Assembly: GCA_013178275.1 (NCBI GenBank)
Contig: JABLWZ010000009.1
Coordinates: forward strand, 16,746-80,745
Length of the DNA stretch: 64,000 bases
Direction: 5' to 3'
Source: Bacillota bacterium
GTDB lineage: Bacteria > Bacillota > Ch66 > Ch109
Shown here: one piece after another, positions 1 to 9,269 of the stretch
How positions within the stretch are numbered: position 1 is the stretch's first letter
How the letters are laid out: each line of letters opens with the position of its first letter
Notes under the pieces: model-generated
Told to the model about the DNA's origin: nothing
Database searches by the model: none
The model's input: the letters and a program-made list of their open reading frames with translations, nothing else
Made by a program: the position numbers and the translations under genes

Positions 1-296
1 CCATAAGCGGAAAGCCTTTCGCCGATCTGAAGCGCCAGTTCACGGGTAGGGGTCAGGATCAAGGCCTTGATTCTACGCGGCCCTTTTTCGCTGCTCTTTT
101 CCTTATAAAGATTCTGCAGTATGGGAACAGCGAATGCCGCTGTCTTTCCGGTCCCGGTCTGCGCGCACCCCAGCAGGTCTTTCCCTTCAAGAATGACGGG
201 TATCGCCTTTTCCTGTATAAGAGTAGGCACGGTGTATCCTTCAGCTTTAATTGCCTTCAGGATGGGTGTAATAAGTTTTAGTTGGTCAAAATTCAA
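1..296 (-). CDS. DEAD-box ATP-dependent RNA helicase, N-terminal part (gene runs off the left edge)
   Basis: Minus-strand translation from TTG at 296 (GGAGAAGG 6 nt upstream) reads ...TPILKAIKAEGYTVPTLIQEKAIPVILEGKDLLGCAQTGTGKTAAFAVPILQ...ALILTPTRELALQI. This covers the Q motif, motif I (AQTGTGKT) and motif Ia (PTRELA). The + ORF 121..330 is its shadow. Confidence 0.85.
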   Translation of the reverse strand, partial: MNFDQLKLITPILKAIKAEGYTVPTLIQEKAIPVILEGKDLLGCAQTGTGKTAAFAVPILQNLYKEKSSEKGPRRIKALILTPTRELALQIGERLSAY

Positions 297-611
297 GAGT
301 CCTTCTCCTTTAATTGTTCTTGTAATCTGATTGATGGTTCGAATTTAAGCCGGTTCTATATGTTCCCCCCTGATATTAGCAGGACCATTTTCGCCGGCTG
401 TGCCCACTAAATATCTGCTTTATTTATTGTATTATCTTTAGCCAGACAAAAGACAACCTGCCCCATCCGTTCGTGCCTGCTGTCAGAATGTATACGTTAC
501 CTTTCCGATAGCGCGAAGAAAACTTGGCTGTCGCAAGCTCTGGCGCAAGCGATAGCCCTAGTTGCACTTGCTTGCATCGGAAAGATCCCTGTATATACTT
601 TCCGATAGCGT

Positions 612-655
612 AAAAAAAGAGCGGGAAACCCATAAACAATTGAGTTTCCCGCTCT
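612..655 (-). terminator. Rho-independent terminator downstream of the DUF3795 gene
   Basis: On the minus strand AGAGCGGGAAAC-(14 nt loop)-GTTTCCCGCTCT is followed by TTTTTTT. It lies about 180 nt after the stop of CDS 834..1394. Confidence 0.7.
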
Positions 656-833
656 ATATCCCGAAATGCTTTATATCAAAATCGGTGTCAGGCTCTTGAA
701 AACACAATATGACAGAAAGATTGTATCACATGTTGTGAAACATAGCAAGGTAATGGAGTTATGTCTATAACGTCTTCTTGGTTAAGCACAACACTAAAAA
801 CTACTCCCGAACTTATTTATCCTTACAAAATCG

Positions 834-1394
834 CTACTTTCTGAGCCTCAACTCGATGCCGGCCTGATCTGCCCGGGCCTCCAACGCCGAAACTATCCGC
901 TTCGCCTTTTCCTTGACATCCGTATCCCGGCCGCTTGTCCCCCGGTCCACTTCCTCCAGGGCATCCTTCACGTCAGACAGTTTTAAGAGGTTTAGCGCCA
1001 GGCAGTAGAAACCTTTCCTTCTTCCGTCGTTGCAGTCGCGGATCAAATACTCAAGGATGGCGACCTTCTCGTCCAGTTCTTTTTTGTAGCTGTCGATGCC
1101 CTGCTGATCAGCCCTTTGAAAATCGGAGATCACGTTCCGGTAGGATATGAACGAATCCTTATCGGACGGCTGGCTGTACCTGGGGCAGGGGTAAGAAGAA
1201 CACTGAAAACAGTATTCTACGTTGTCGTGCCTTTTGTTGCAGGTGATTACCGGGCAGCTGGGATGCTTCCGGCTGAAGTCGGGCCCGCCGCATCCGGGGC
1301 ACCTCGATACCCCGTCGGCATGGTAGCGCGGGCAGAGGCCGCAGTTCAGCCCGCACAGCGAGAACCGGGGATAATCCCTGGTGTATTCCTTCAA
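834..1394 (-). CDS. DUF3795-like cysteine-rich protein
   Basis: 186-aa ORF with N-terminal Cys clusters (CGLNCGLCPRY...CPGCGG...CPVITC...CFQCSSYPCPRY), as in DUF3795 proteins. Family recalled from memory. Confidence 0.7.
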   Translation of the reverse strand: MKEYTRDYPRFSLCGLNCGLCPRYHADGVSRCPGCGGPDFSRKHPSCPVITCNKRHDNVEYCFQCSSYPCPRYSQPSDKDSFISYRNVISDFQRADQQGIDSYKKELDEKVAILEYLIRDCNDGRRKGFYCLALNLLKLSDVKDALEEVDRGTSGRDTDVKEKAKRIVSALEARADQAGIELRLRK

Positions 1395-1654
1395 TCCGCA
1401 TCACCTCGATCAGTACTATTATCCTTAATATATATCACTGCACCCCTTTCCACCATCCCCCGTTATCTTGAAGAGGTGGATTATATAAAACCGGCCTCGT
1501 CCGCCAGGGGGCGAAGCGGCCAATGAACCCCGACGGCCCCACGGCCGGCAGGCCTCCTGCTTTTTAAGCCCCGAGCCTTTTCAGGTATAGACTATCTGTT
1601 ATTTCACAAATAATATAATGCTGGGCTTAACAAGTCAGGAAGGGTACTGTGTCC

Positions 1655-2425
1655 ATGAATAAAAAACGTCGCCGCCCGCTCGCGACCATCAGCATGTTTG
1701 GCGTTTCTTTTTTGCACCGCCAGAATCCTTATATGGTAGCCTGGTGGTCCGCCGCCTTTCCCGGTTACGGTCAATACCTGGCCAATCAGTATCTTCGGGC
1801 CACCTTAATGACGCTGTCCGAAAAAATAATCAACACACTGGCTCATATTAACGAAGCCATGGTGTATACTTTTTGCGGAGAATTCGCTTCCGCGAAGTCC
1901 GTCCTACAGCCCAGATGGGTTCTGGGATACCTGGCTCTCTATCTTTATGCGATCTGGGACAGTTATCGTTCCGCCCTGGTGCAGAACAAACTGTGCCATA
2001 TCGCCGAACTCGAGGATGAACGGCTAAGCCCTATGCTCCTCCATCCGCTGGAGATTCAATACCTGGAACCGAAAAGCCCGTATACCGCCGCCCTGTACTC
2101 CTTTTTTTATCCGGGCCTGGGCCAGCTGTACAATCACCGTTTTGGGCTGGGGTTCTACGCAATGTTCTTTTGGACGCTTTATATGACCCTGTCACGATCT
2201 CATGAATCAATAGTAATGCTTATTATCGGAGACATTAAGGAATCGATCGCCATTCTCCATCCCCACTGGCTGCTTTTTATGCCGTCCGTTTTAGGCGGCG
2301 CTGTCTATCACGCGTTTATCACAGCCGTCGAACACAATAGGCTTTTTCGGATAGAGCAGCGCCAATTTTTCACCAAGCGCTACCGTGGTTCTGGTATAAA
2401 GATCTTTTCTCAGGCGGGTGGTTGA
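1655..2425 (+). CDS. hypothetical integral membrane protein with an internal duplication
   Basis: ORF 1649..2425. ATG at 1655 lies 10 nt after GGAAGGG. Multiple hydrophobic helices and two copies of a PG(Y/L)GQ(Y/L)xN motif. Confidence 0.6.
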   Translation: MNKKRRRPLATISMFGVSFLHRQNPYMVAWWSAAFPGYGQYLANQYLRATLMTLSEKIINTLAHINEAMVYTFCGEFASAKSVLQPRWVLGYLALYLYAIWDSYRSALVQNKLCHIAELEDERLSPMLLHPLEIQYLEPKSPYTAALYSFFYPGLGQLYNHRFGLGFYAMFFWTLYMTLSRSHESIVMLIIGDIKESIAILHPHWLLFMPSVLGGAVYHAFITAVEHNRLFRIEQRQFFTKRYRGSGIKIFSQAGG

Positions 2426-2427
2426 CG

Positions 2428-2886
2428 ATGCTGGTGGTTGGAACCTTCGAATACTCGCTGGAACTGGAGCAGGCTTTGGCCGAGCTGGAGCGCGACGTTA
2501 TTTCCAGGAGTAAAATACTGGTTGTCTCTATGGACACCGAACCCAACACATTCAACCAGTTTGTCAGAAGGCCGAATGACCTGCTCTACAAGGGTATCGA
2601 GGTGGGCATCGCGTGCGCGACCGCGTTTTCGGTCGTGGGAACCAGTGTCGGTTTCGCTTTGACCTGGGGGCCTATCATCTGGGGTCTCGGTTCTGCCCTG
2701 GCCGGGTTTGTCACCGGTTTCGGGATTTATTATCTTTTTAAAAAAAGGAATTACCGAAGGCTGCCAAAAAACCTCCCTGAAATAACGGTAATCATACAGT
2801 GCCCGGATGTTCGGTCCCGCGAGGTCATGGGAATCATGTGGAAGTACCGCGCTCTGACGGTCGGAAGGGTCTCTGAGCCTGACTGA
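2428..2886 (+). CDS. hypothetical small membrane protein, translationally coupled to the preceding gene
   Basis: ORF 2422..2886. The start (TTG 2422 or ATG 2428) overlaps or abuts the upstream stop at 2423-2425. Central Gly-rich hydrophobic hairpin (GIACATAFSVVGTSVGFALTWGPIIWGLGSALAGFVTGFGIYYLF). Confidence 0.55.
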   Translation: MLVVGTFEYSLELEQALAELERDVISRSKILVVSMDTEPNTFNQFVRRPNDLLYKGIEVGIACATAFSVVGTSVGFALTWGPIIWGLGSALAGFVTGFGIYYLFKKRNYRRLPKNLPEITVIIQCPDVRSREVMGIMWKYRALTVGRVSEPD

Positions 2887-2901
2887 CACGGGCTGGCGGT
2901 A

Positions 2902-3576
2902 TCACCTGGCCCCGAACCTCTCCAGGGCCTTCATCACCGCTCCGGCGAGCGCGGTATCCGTGGAACGGCACCCGGCCCTTTCGGGCGTTTTAGCGCGCTT
3001 CATAAAGACCCGGTAAACCTTTACCGCCATGACAGCCAGCTGGGCCTCGTTCTTCGGCACCGTACCGGGCGGGAAGCACTCCTCCCGCTCCCGCAGGAAT
3101 CCCGCCGCCGCCTTTACCGCCTCGTGCCGGTCCCGGTCGCGCTGGGTGGGGTAGCTGAACCTCCACCGCTGTACCTGCCGGGTGATCAGGGCCTTGTCCT
3201 CTCCACCCGCCTCTATCCCGGCCGCGGCGAAGACCCGGCAGTCGTAGCCGCGGCAGGTGGCCGGCCGGTGCCGGTAGATCGAACAGCGGTCGTCGACCAG
3301 CATGGGGCAGCTGCCCTCCTCGAAGTAGCCCAGCAGGACATTGCCCCGGGGGAGCCCGGGGGCCGGGAACAGAAGCTTTTTATCGATGCGGGAAAGGGTC
3401 TCTCCCTCTTCGGGCCGGATATGGATGAAGTAGGACGACCGGCAACATACACTGCACCCGCCGCAGGGCACCTCCATCCCGTCTCCCCTCGCCAAGGCGC
3501 TGCGGGTGCGGCGGAGCCAGGAAGAAAAACCGCCGGCGGGCAGGTCATGAAGGTTGGTCATATCTTTAACGTCCAA
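2902..3576 (-). CDS. YkgJ/UPF0153-family cysteine-cluster protein
   Basis: CGGCSVCC motif followed by CPML...DRCSIYRHRPATCRGYDC, the pattern of YkgJ-type putative Fe-S/zinc proteins. The start is uncertain (TTG 3576 or ATG 3561). Confidence 0.65.
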   Translation of the reverse strand: MDVKDMTNLHDLPAGGFSSWLRRTRSALARGDGMEVPCGGCSVCCRSSYFIHIRPEEGETLSRIDKKLLFPAPGLPRGNVLLGYFEEGSCPMLVDDRCSIYRHRPATCRGYDCRVFAAAGIEAGGEDKALITRQVQRWRFSYPTQRDRDRHEAVKAAAGFLREREECFPPGTVPKNEAQLAVMAVKVYRVFMKRAKTPERAGCRSTDTALAGAVMKALERFGAR

Positions 3577-3982
3577 GTCCTCGTTCCCCCTTGGAGGTTA
3601 ATGGCTGTTTGGGACGCTTTTGCTTTTGCTTATTCTCATCCGCCCGGTACCTGACTATCCGGCTTATCAGTTCATACGGCAGCGGCTTCTTGAGCGGAAA
3701 ACGTATCGACCCTTTCGTCACCTTGTACTCCGCCAGTTCGGTTTTGAAGGCTTCGATCCCGCTGGGGGTCGGATAGAACCCTATATGGTTCTTGCCGACG
3801 GCGAAATACACCAGGTTTCCGTGCAGTGCAAAGGCGGGCATCTGGTAGCTGATCTTCTCCTCCGCCTCCGGTGCGGCCTCCTTTATCACCCGTCTTAACC
3901 TTTGAAGTGTTTCCTGGATCTCAGGGGAAAACTTCGATACGTATTCATCGATCGACTTAAAACCGGTCCGCTTTTCTTCCAC
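3566..3982 (-). CDS. DUF1801 (YdhG-like) domain protein
   Basis: 138 aa. SIDEYVSKFSPEIQETLQRLRRVIKEAAPEAEEKISYQMPAF...GKNHIGFYP matches the DUF1801 layout from memory. Confidence 0.65.
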   Translation of the reverse strand: MEEKRTGFKSIDEYVSKFSPEIQETLQRLRRVIKEAAPEAEEKISYQMPAFALHGNLVYFAVGKNHIGFYPTPSGIEAFKTELAEYKVTKGSIRFPLKKPLPYELISRIVRYRADENKQKQKRPKQPLTSKGERGLGR

Positions 3983-3999
3983 GGTCTCTCCTTTCAGGA

Positions 4000-4566
4000 T
4001 TACCTGATGCAGGTTATGAGGTTGGGCTTCCGTTCCGGCGCTTTGGCCGAAGCACCCTTTTTATACCCAAACACAGCCGAACTGTAAGGCCGGTAGCCGT
4101 CGGGTATTTTCAGTTCTTTTCTCAGTTCCGGACCCTGCGGTGAGTCAAACGCCATTAAGACAAAGAAAATCCAGCACGACCCCAGCCCGACCGACTCCGC
4201 GGCAATCAGCAGGTTCTGGGTGGCTGCGGCGCAGTCCGCATCGAGAGGTATGGGCGACCGCTCATCCCCGGTAACTATGATCAGCGTCGATGCGTTGTAC
4301 AGACAATGGAACTTCTCGTTACTCCCCAGCTCCCTCAGGTGTTTCATGTCCGTCTGCCTGGCGGCTTCTTTAGCCGCCAGATTCAGCTTGTCCAGCAGTC
4401 CCCTGTCTTGAACCACCGTAAAGTGCCAGGCCTGATCCCCGGCGTTGGGGGCATACAACCCCGCCTCCAGTATCGCCTGCAGTTCCTCCTCCTCGATCTG
4501 TTCACCCTTATAACTCCTGACGCTCCGGCGCTGTTTGATGACCTTTAGGGTTTCATTTATAATCAA
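4000..4566 (-). CDS. nitroreductase family protein
   Basis: N-terminal KQRRSVRSYKGEQIEEEELQAILEAGLYAPNAGDQAWHFTVV is the canonical FMN nitroreductase signature. Confidence 0.85.
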   Translation of the reverse strand: MIINETLKVIKQRRSVRSYKGEQIEEEELQAILEAGLYAPNAGDQAWHFTVVQDRGLLDKLNLAAKEAARQTDMKHLRELGSNEKFHCLYNASTLIIVTGDERSPIPLDADCAAATQNLLIAAESVGLGSCWIFFVLMAFDSPQGPELRKELKIPDGYRPYSSAVFGYKKGASAKAPERKPNLITCIR

Positions 4567-4629
4567 TAAATCGTCCTCCTGATAGCTTTATTTTATAAAC
4601 GATTCCTGGTACGACCGGGTATAAATCAA

Positions 4630-7600
4630 TCAGCCAAAAAGAGTGGCCTGCTTATATTGTGGCGCCTGTTTCTGCGAACTCTCTCTTATCAGCTGCTCCT
4701 CAGCCAGGTCGGCGATAAAAATAGATGGGGCGCGGGACGTCAGAAGTATAAGCTCATCCCTGGCCCTGGTCATCCCGACGTAGAAAAGCCGCCTCTCCTC
4801 GTCGAGATTGGAGTCAGGGCCGCTGTTCCTCAAAGGAATCCTCCCGTCGTTTACCCCACAGATGAACACGACGGGAAATTCCAGGCCTTTTGCCGCATGG
4901 ATGGTCATTAAGGAAACCGCGTCCGGCGAATAGACCCGGCCGCCGCTGCGGACCACGTCACTTTCCTGGCCCAGCGCCAAGTTTTGCATCAGGGAAGCCA
5001 TTTCGTCATACATTACAGCGGTGTTTAAAAGCAGCTCCATGGAATGGACACCGGACCAGCCGTTGTCCTGAATCCAGGAGTCTATTATTTTCCACGGCTT
5101 CTCCTTATGGATGACAGCCGCGTATTTTTTCAGCATTTCCAGGAAATACCCGGGGTGATCCGGCTGCTCCCGGGGCAGTTGGACCCCTTCCACGATTCTG
5201 GTAAAAGACGCCAGGCTTTTTTCCCCTGCCGCATAACCTTCCAAAATTTTCTGGTTCAGGTCCGCCGAACAGCTCTTGTCTGCTTTCAGGATCAGCAGCA
5301 GGGAAGCCAGGTCCCCGGGGTTGAGCAAAAACCTGAAAAAAGCGATGGCCTGGCGCACCGGTTGATCTGAAAGGAACTCCTCCCGTCCGGCGACCACGTA
5401 CGGGATTCCCTCTTTTAAAAGGCACTGCTCCAGGGTCCGTGCCTGGTGATTGGTACGGTATAACAGGGCGATGTCGGAAAAACCTCTTAGGTGTTTGGCT
5501 GCCGGCCTTTTTCGGTGGGATGCCGATAGTGCCTGGGTATCCAGCATGTCGATGCCGCCAACCATCCGGTTGATTTCCTTGGCGACCAGCAGCGCCTCGG
5601 AAAATTCATCATTGGTTTCTATCAGACGTACTCTGGCGCCGCTTTCTCTTTTTGCCTCCAGGGAACCGGCGCGCTCCCCGGCTGCCGGCTTCGAGATTAT
5701 CGAGCGGGCGGAAGCGATGATTTCGGGTGTTGAGCGGTAATTCTGCGTCAGCCGGACATGCCGGATACCGGGAAAATCTTCTTTAAAACGTTCAAAATAG
5801 CGGAAGTCCGAGCCCCGGAAGCCATAAATCGACTGGTCCGGGTCACCGATAATAAAGATACTCTCGCTTTTTTGGCCCCATGCTTTGATCAGGCGGTATT
5901 GAATCTCGTTAATATCCTGAAACTCGTCCACCAGCAGGTATGAGAAAGGGTTTTCCGGGCTTCGGTCTGATACGCCCCCGGGGTCTCCGCACTCAAATCG
6001 GGAAAGCGCCTCGAGGAGGATATCGTCGTAGTCCATTACGCCGTAACGCTTAAGCTGCGAGCAGTACGAATCGTATACCGCGGCTGGAATCTCCGGTTTT
6101 TTCCGATCTCCCGCCGGGGATATGCCGTTTTTCATCAGCGATATCCCCCGCATGGCATCCCGAGGAGAGGTCTCCAGTTTCATATCCTTTAATATTCCCT
6201 CGATAATTGAAGCGGCACTGTATTCATCGATGATCGCGGCGTTATTCCTGCCCCTCCACCTGGACAGCAGCTGCAGGCATATCGAGTGGAAGGTCCCTAT
6301 TGCCATCGCGCCGGCGGTCCGTTTTTCCCCGAAATGCTTGTCCAGCCGGATGCGCATCTCCTTGGCGGCCTTGTTGGTAAAAGTAACGGCGGTCACCTGC
6401 CCGGGATGGATGCCGCATTTTTCAACCAGGTAGGCGATACGGTATACCAGGGTTTTGGTTTTTCCGGTTCCGGGGCCGGCGACTACCGCAATCGCCGGGC
6501 TGGTGGAGGAAACGGCTTCCCACTGCTCTTCATTCAATCCGTAGGGCGTTTCCGCCGCCCGGCCCCCGCTGCCCTCTTCCGGACTGGTGCCGGCTGAGAT
6601 CGGCGGCAGCGCGGCTTCCTTGGCCGGAGCCTTTTGAGCCGCAGTCGTTTTGGGGGTCGATCGGCTTTTCGGGTCGCTGCTTTTATCGCTCAGAAGGCTC
6701 AGCTGGCCGGAAAGCCTCTGGATCTCGCTTTTGTCCATGATTTTAATCCGGCCGTATTCTCCGTCAAACCCGGGCTGTATATCCACCCTGCCGCTTCTCA
6801 GCCGGCGGACGCCCTCGGCTATCAGCGGGCCGGCCGCCAGTTCTATATCTTTTAGCTCCGCCTCGCGGAGTATGAATAACTCCGGGCCGAGGCTGCGCAT
6901 CAGGTCCTCGTAGTTTTCCTTCACCTTCCGGCTGGTGACAGCGGAGCCGATCGAGGAGGCGATCACCTCGTAAAGCGGGATCAGGCTTTCGAAATGCTTG
7001 GCCGCCGGAGGCACGAACCCCTCTTCCCGGTCCGCCAGGGCTTCGACCCGGTGCAGCACCCCGACGGTAATCCGGCCGCCGCATACCGGGCAGACGCCTT
7101 CCGCGGCTTTGGTGTCCGAAGGCTTCCAGCACACCTTGCAACCCCGGTGCCCGTCGTAGTGGTACTTGCCCTCCTCCGGGAAAAACTCGATGGTGCCGTG
7201 AAACTCTTTGGTGCCGCGGTTTTTTAGCGCCTGCAGCATGCACGGATAAGAAACCCCGGTATTGAAAATATTGGCCTCCCGGCCCAGGTTGGCCGGGGAA
7301 TGGGCGTCCGAGTTGGAAACCAGCGTGAAACCATCCAGCGCCGAAAGGCGCCAGTTCATGGGAGGGTCTGAGGAAAGGCCGGTTTCGAGGGCGTAGATAA
7401 AGCCGGTTAAATCTTCGAAGCACTCTTCAATGTGGTCGAAGCCGGAATAGGCCCCGTACAGGGAAAAATGTGGAGTCCAGATGTGAGCCGGGATAAAGAT
7501 GGCGTCCGGGCATAGCTCAAGAACGATTTCAAGCAAGTGCCGGCTGTCGAGGCCCAATATCGGCCGGCCGTCAGACCGCAGATTGCCCACGGTCTCAAGC

Positions 7601-7962
7601 CGGCGTGATATCGACTCGGCGTGTTCCAGGCTGGGCAGCAGGACCAGGTTGTGAACCTTTCTTACCCGGCCGTTCTTTTTGTATATTGAACTGATCTCAC
7701 CGGAAACGACGAATTGGGGCTTAAGGTCTGCTCCCGCGACTTTATCCTCCTTGCGAAAATCGTCCTTGAGACTGTAAAGGCCTTCGCCTGAAGGGACAAG
7801 CTTCTCCTTTAACTCCTCCCGCCAGGCCGGGTGCGTGAAGTCACCGGTGCCAATAACGCCAATTCCTTTACGCCGCGCCCAAAATTCGAGCACTTCCGGG
7901 ACGCAATCCCGGCTGGTGGCTCTCGAGTATTTCGAGTGGATGTGAAAATCAGCTATGAACAT
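4630..7962 (-). CDS. fusion protein: endonuclease Q-like PHP nuclease (TIGR00375-like) + UvrD/PcrA-type SF1 DNA helicase
   Basis: One uninterrupted ORF (track 4630..7971; ATG at 7962 preferred). N-terminal part has ADFHIHSKYSRATS (PHP HxH) and a zinc ribbon CKVCW...CPVCGG. A Pro/Ala/Ser-rich linker follows. C-terminal part has GPGTGKT, LLVDEFQDIN, QNYRSTPEI, TIHAAKGLEFPVVF and YVGMTRARDEL. Confidence 0.8.
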   Translation of the reverse strand: MFIADFHIHSKYSRATSRDCVPEVLEFWARRKGIGVIGTGDFTHPAWREELKEKLVPSGEGLYSLKDDFRKEDKVAGADLKPQFVVSGEISSIYKKNGRVRKVHNLVLLPSLEHAESISRRLETVGNLRSDGRPILGLDSRHLLEIVLELCPDAIFIPAHIWTPHFSLYGAYSGFDHIEECFEDLTGFIYALETGLSSDPPMNWRLSALDGFTLVSNSDAHSPANLGREANIFNTGVSYPCMLQALKNRGTKEFHGTIEFFPEEGKYHYDGHRGCKVCWKPSDTKAAEGVCPVCGGRITVGVLHRVEALADREEGFVPPAAKHFESLIPLYEVIASSIGSAVTSRKVKENYEDLMRSLGPELFILREAELKDIELAAGPLIAEGVRRLRSGRVDIQPGFDGEYGRIKIMDKSEIQRLSGQLSLLSDKSSDPKSRSTPKTTAAQKAPAKEAALPPISAGTSPEEGSGGRAAETPYGLNEEQWEAVSSTSPAIAVVAGPGTGKTKTLVYRIAYLVEKCGIHPGQVTAVTFTNKAAKEMRIRLDKHFGEKRTAGAMAIGTFHSICLQLLSRWRGRNNAAIIDEYSAASIIEGILKDMKLETSPRDAMRGISLMKNGISPAGDRKKPEIPAAVYDSYCSQLKRYGVMDYDDILLEALSRFECGDPGGVSDRSPENPFSYLLVDEFQDINEIQYRLIKAWGQKSESIFIIGDPDQSIYGFRGSDFRYFERFKEDFPGIRHVRLTQNYRSTPEIIASARSIISKPAAGERAGSLEAKRESGARVRLIETNDEFSEALLVAKEINRMVGGIDMLDTQALSASHRKRPAAKHLRGFSDIALLYRTNHQARTLEQCLLKEGIPYVVAGREEFLSDQPVRQAIAFFRFLLNPGDLASLLLILKADKSCSADLNQKILEGYAAGEKSLASFTRIVEGVQLPREQPDHPGYFLEMLKKYAAVIHKEKPWKIIDSWIQDNGWSGVHSMELLLNTAVMYDEMASLMQNLALGQESDVVRSGGRVYSPDAVSLMTIHAAKGLEFPVVFICGVNDGRIPLRNSGPDSNLDEERRLFYVGMTRARDELILLTSRAPSIFIADLAEEQLIRESSQKQAPQYKQATLFG

Positions 7963-8248
7963 GCAAAACACCCGTTTTCTGTATTTTATACGCCGCTGAA
8001 CCTGAACCCTGAACTATATTCAACTGCCGTCTGCTTTTCTGCTTTACTAAGGGATAGTGTACCACGTTTTTCCAGGGTCCAGCAAAAGGGACATTCTATT
8101 TTGATTATCAGCCTTCAGGGTATGAATGTCTTGTACCGGTCTGTATAATAAATGTAGCATCGCAGCGGCGACACGGAAAAACTCATGCCTGCTGGCCGGA
8201 AGTTTTATCGTAAATTTAAAGGGACTAAGAAAATGCCGGGAGGAAAAC

Positions 8249-9208
8249 TTGATCAACATACTGGCGTTAACTAAAGAAGCTCAATTACTCCAGGATCTGG
8301 CCCTGGAGCAATTGACCCGGGGTGATGTCAGCTGGTACTGGGTGGATTTCGAGTCGCCAGATCAGGAAGAAGTCAAGCTGTTAAGCGATTACTTCAAGTT
8401 TCATCCTCTGGCGATAGAGGACTGCCTGGAACACCTGGAACGGCCAAAAGTCGATTATTACGATACCTATTCGTTTTTCGTCTTTCAGGCCCTGGAGCGT
8501 GATACACTCGATCCGCTGGAGATAGACCTGTTTGTAGGCGGAAACTATATCGTTACCTTTCATAAATCCCAACTCGAGGAGGTAATCGTCGCCCGTCAAA
8601 AAATCATCGCCGATGAAAGTATCCGGGCGGAAGGACCTGCTTACATCGCCTATTTAATCCTCGATAAGATCGTGGACCGGTATTTTCCGGCCGTGTACAG
8701 TATCGAAGACTATCTGAACGAGATCGATATAAGATCAGGCGGCAGGAATTCTCATAACCTGATCGATCAGGTTTTTGATCTCCGGGCCGACCTCCTGAAA
8801 CTCAGACACACTGTAAACTCCACCAAGGAGCTGCTTTACCGGATAATTAACTCCGATCACATGAAAGATTTAAAAAAGAATAAACACCATTTTAATGACA
8901 TATATGACCATCTGCTGCAGCTTTCCGAGACGATAGAATCAAACCGCGAGGTTACCGCGGACATACGCGACAGCTATCTGTCCATCAACTCTAACCGCAC
9001 GAATAAAATCATGACGGTCCTTACAATAATCACGTCCATATTCATCCCGCTGACCTTCATCGTAGGGGTCTATGGAATGAACTTCGACTATATGCCCGAG
9101 TTGCGATGGCGTTACGGATACTTTTTGGTTTTAGGGATCATGGCGTTCATCGGGCTTGCTATGCTTCTCTGGTTTATACGCAAGGGCTGGTTTGAACTAA
9201 AAAAATAG
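8249..9208 (+). CDS. corA: CorA family magnesium/cobalt transporter
   Basis: YGMNFDYMPE (GMN motif) lies between two C-terminal TM helices. The in-frame TTG at 8249 is preceded by GGAGGAAAA. The longer track ORF (8126) adds an implausible leader. Confidence 0.85.
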   Translation: MINILALTKEAQLLQDLALEQLTRGDVSWYWVDFESPDQEEVKLLSDYFKFHPLAIEDCLEHLERPKVDYYDTYSFFVFQALERDTLDPLEIDLFVGGNYIVTFHKSQLEEVIVARQKIIADESIRAEGPAYIAYLILDKIVDRYFPAVYSIEDYLNEIDIRSGGRNSHNLIDQVFDLRADLLKLRHTVNSTKELLYRIINSDHMKDLKKNKHHFNDIYDHLLQLSETIESNREVTADIRDSYLSINSNRTNKIMTVLTIITSIFIPLTFIVGVYGMNFDYMPELRWRYGYFLVLGIMAFIGLAMLLWFIRKGWFELKK

Positions 9209-9269
9209 GGTCAAGGGTTGCCAGTTCTTTAAGCCGGTTTTTCCTTCCGCCGCGTCCGCGGTGTCTCAT

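Noticed and set aside
338-350. GGTTCGAAT, a T-loop-like string suggesting a tRNA.
   Set aside because: No acceptor, D or anticodon arms can be drawn from the flanking sequence. I found no tRNA or rRNA anywhere in the window.
424-639. A 71-aa minus-strand ORF between the DUF3795 gene and the helicase gene.
   Set aside because: It has no SD, overlaps the terminator hairpin and repeat elements of the helicase leader, and its product shows no recognisable features.
7972-8248. A possible Mg2+ (M-box) riboswitch upstream of corA.
   Set aside because: I could not find the conserved M-box core elements by eye. There is only an AT-rich promoter-like region. An Rfam scan would settle it.
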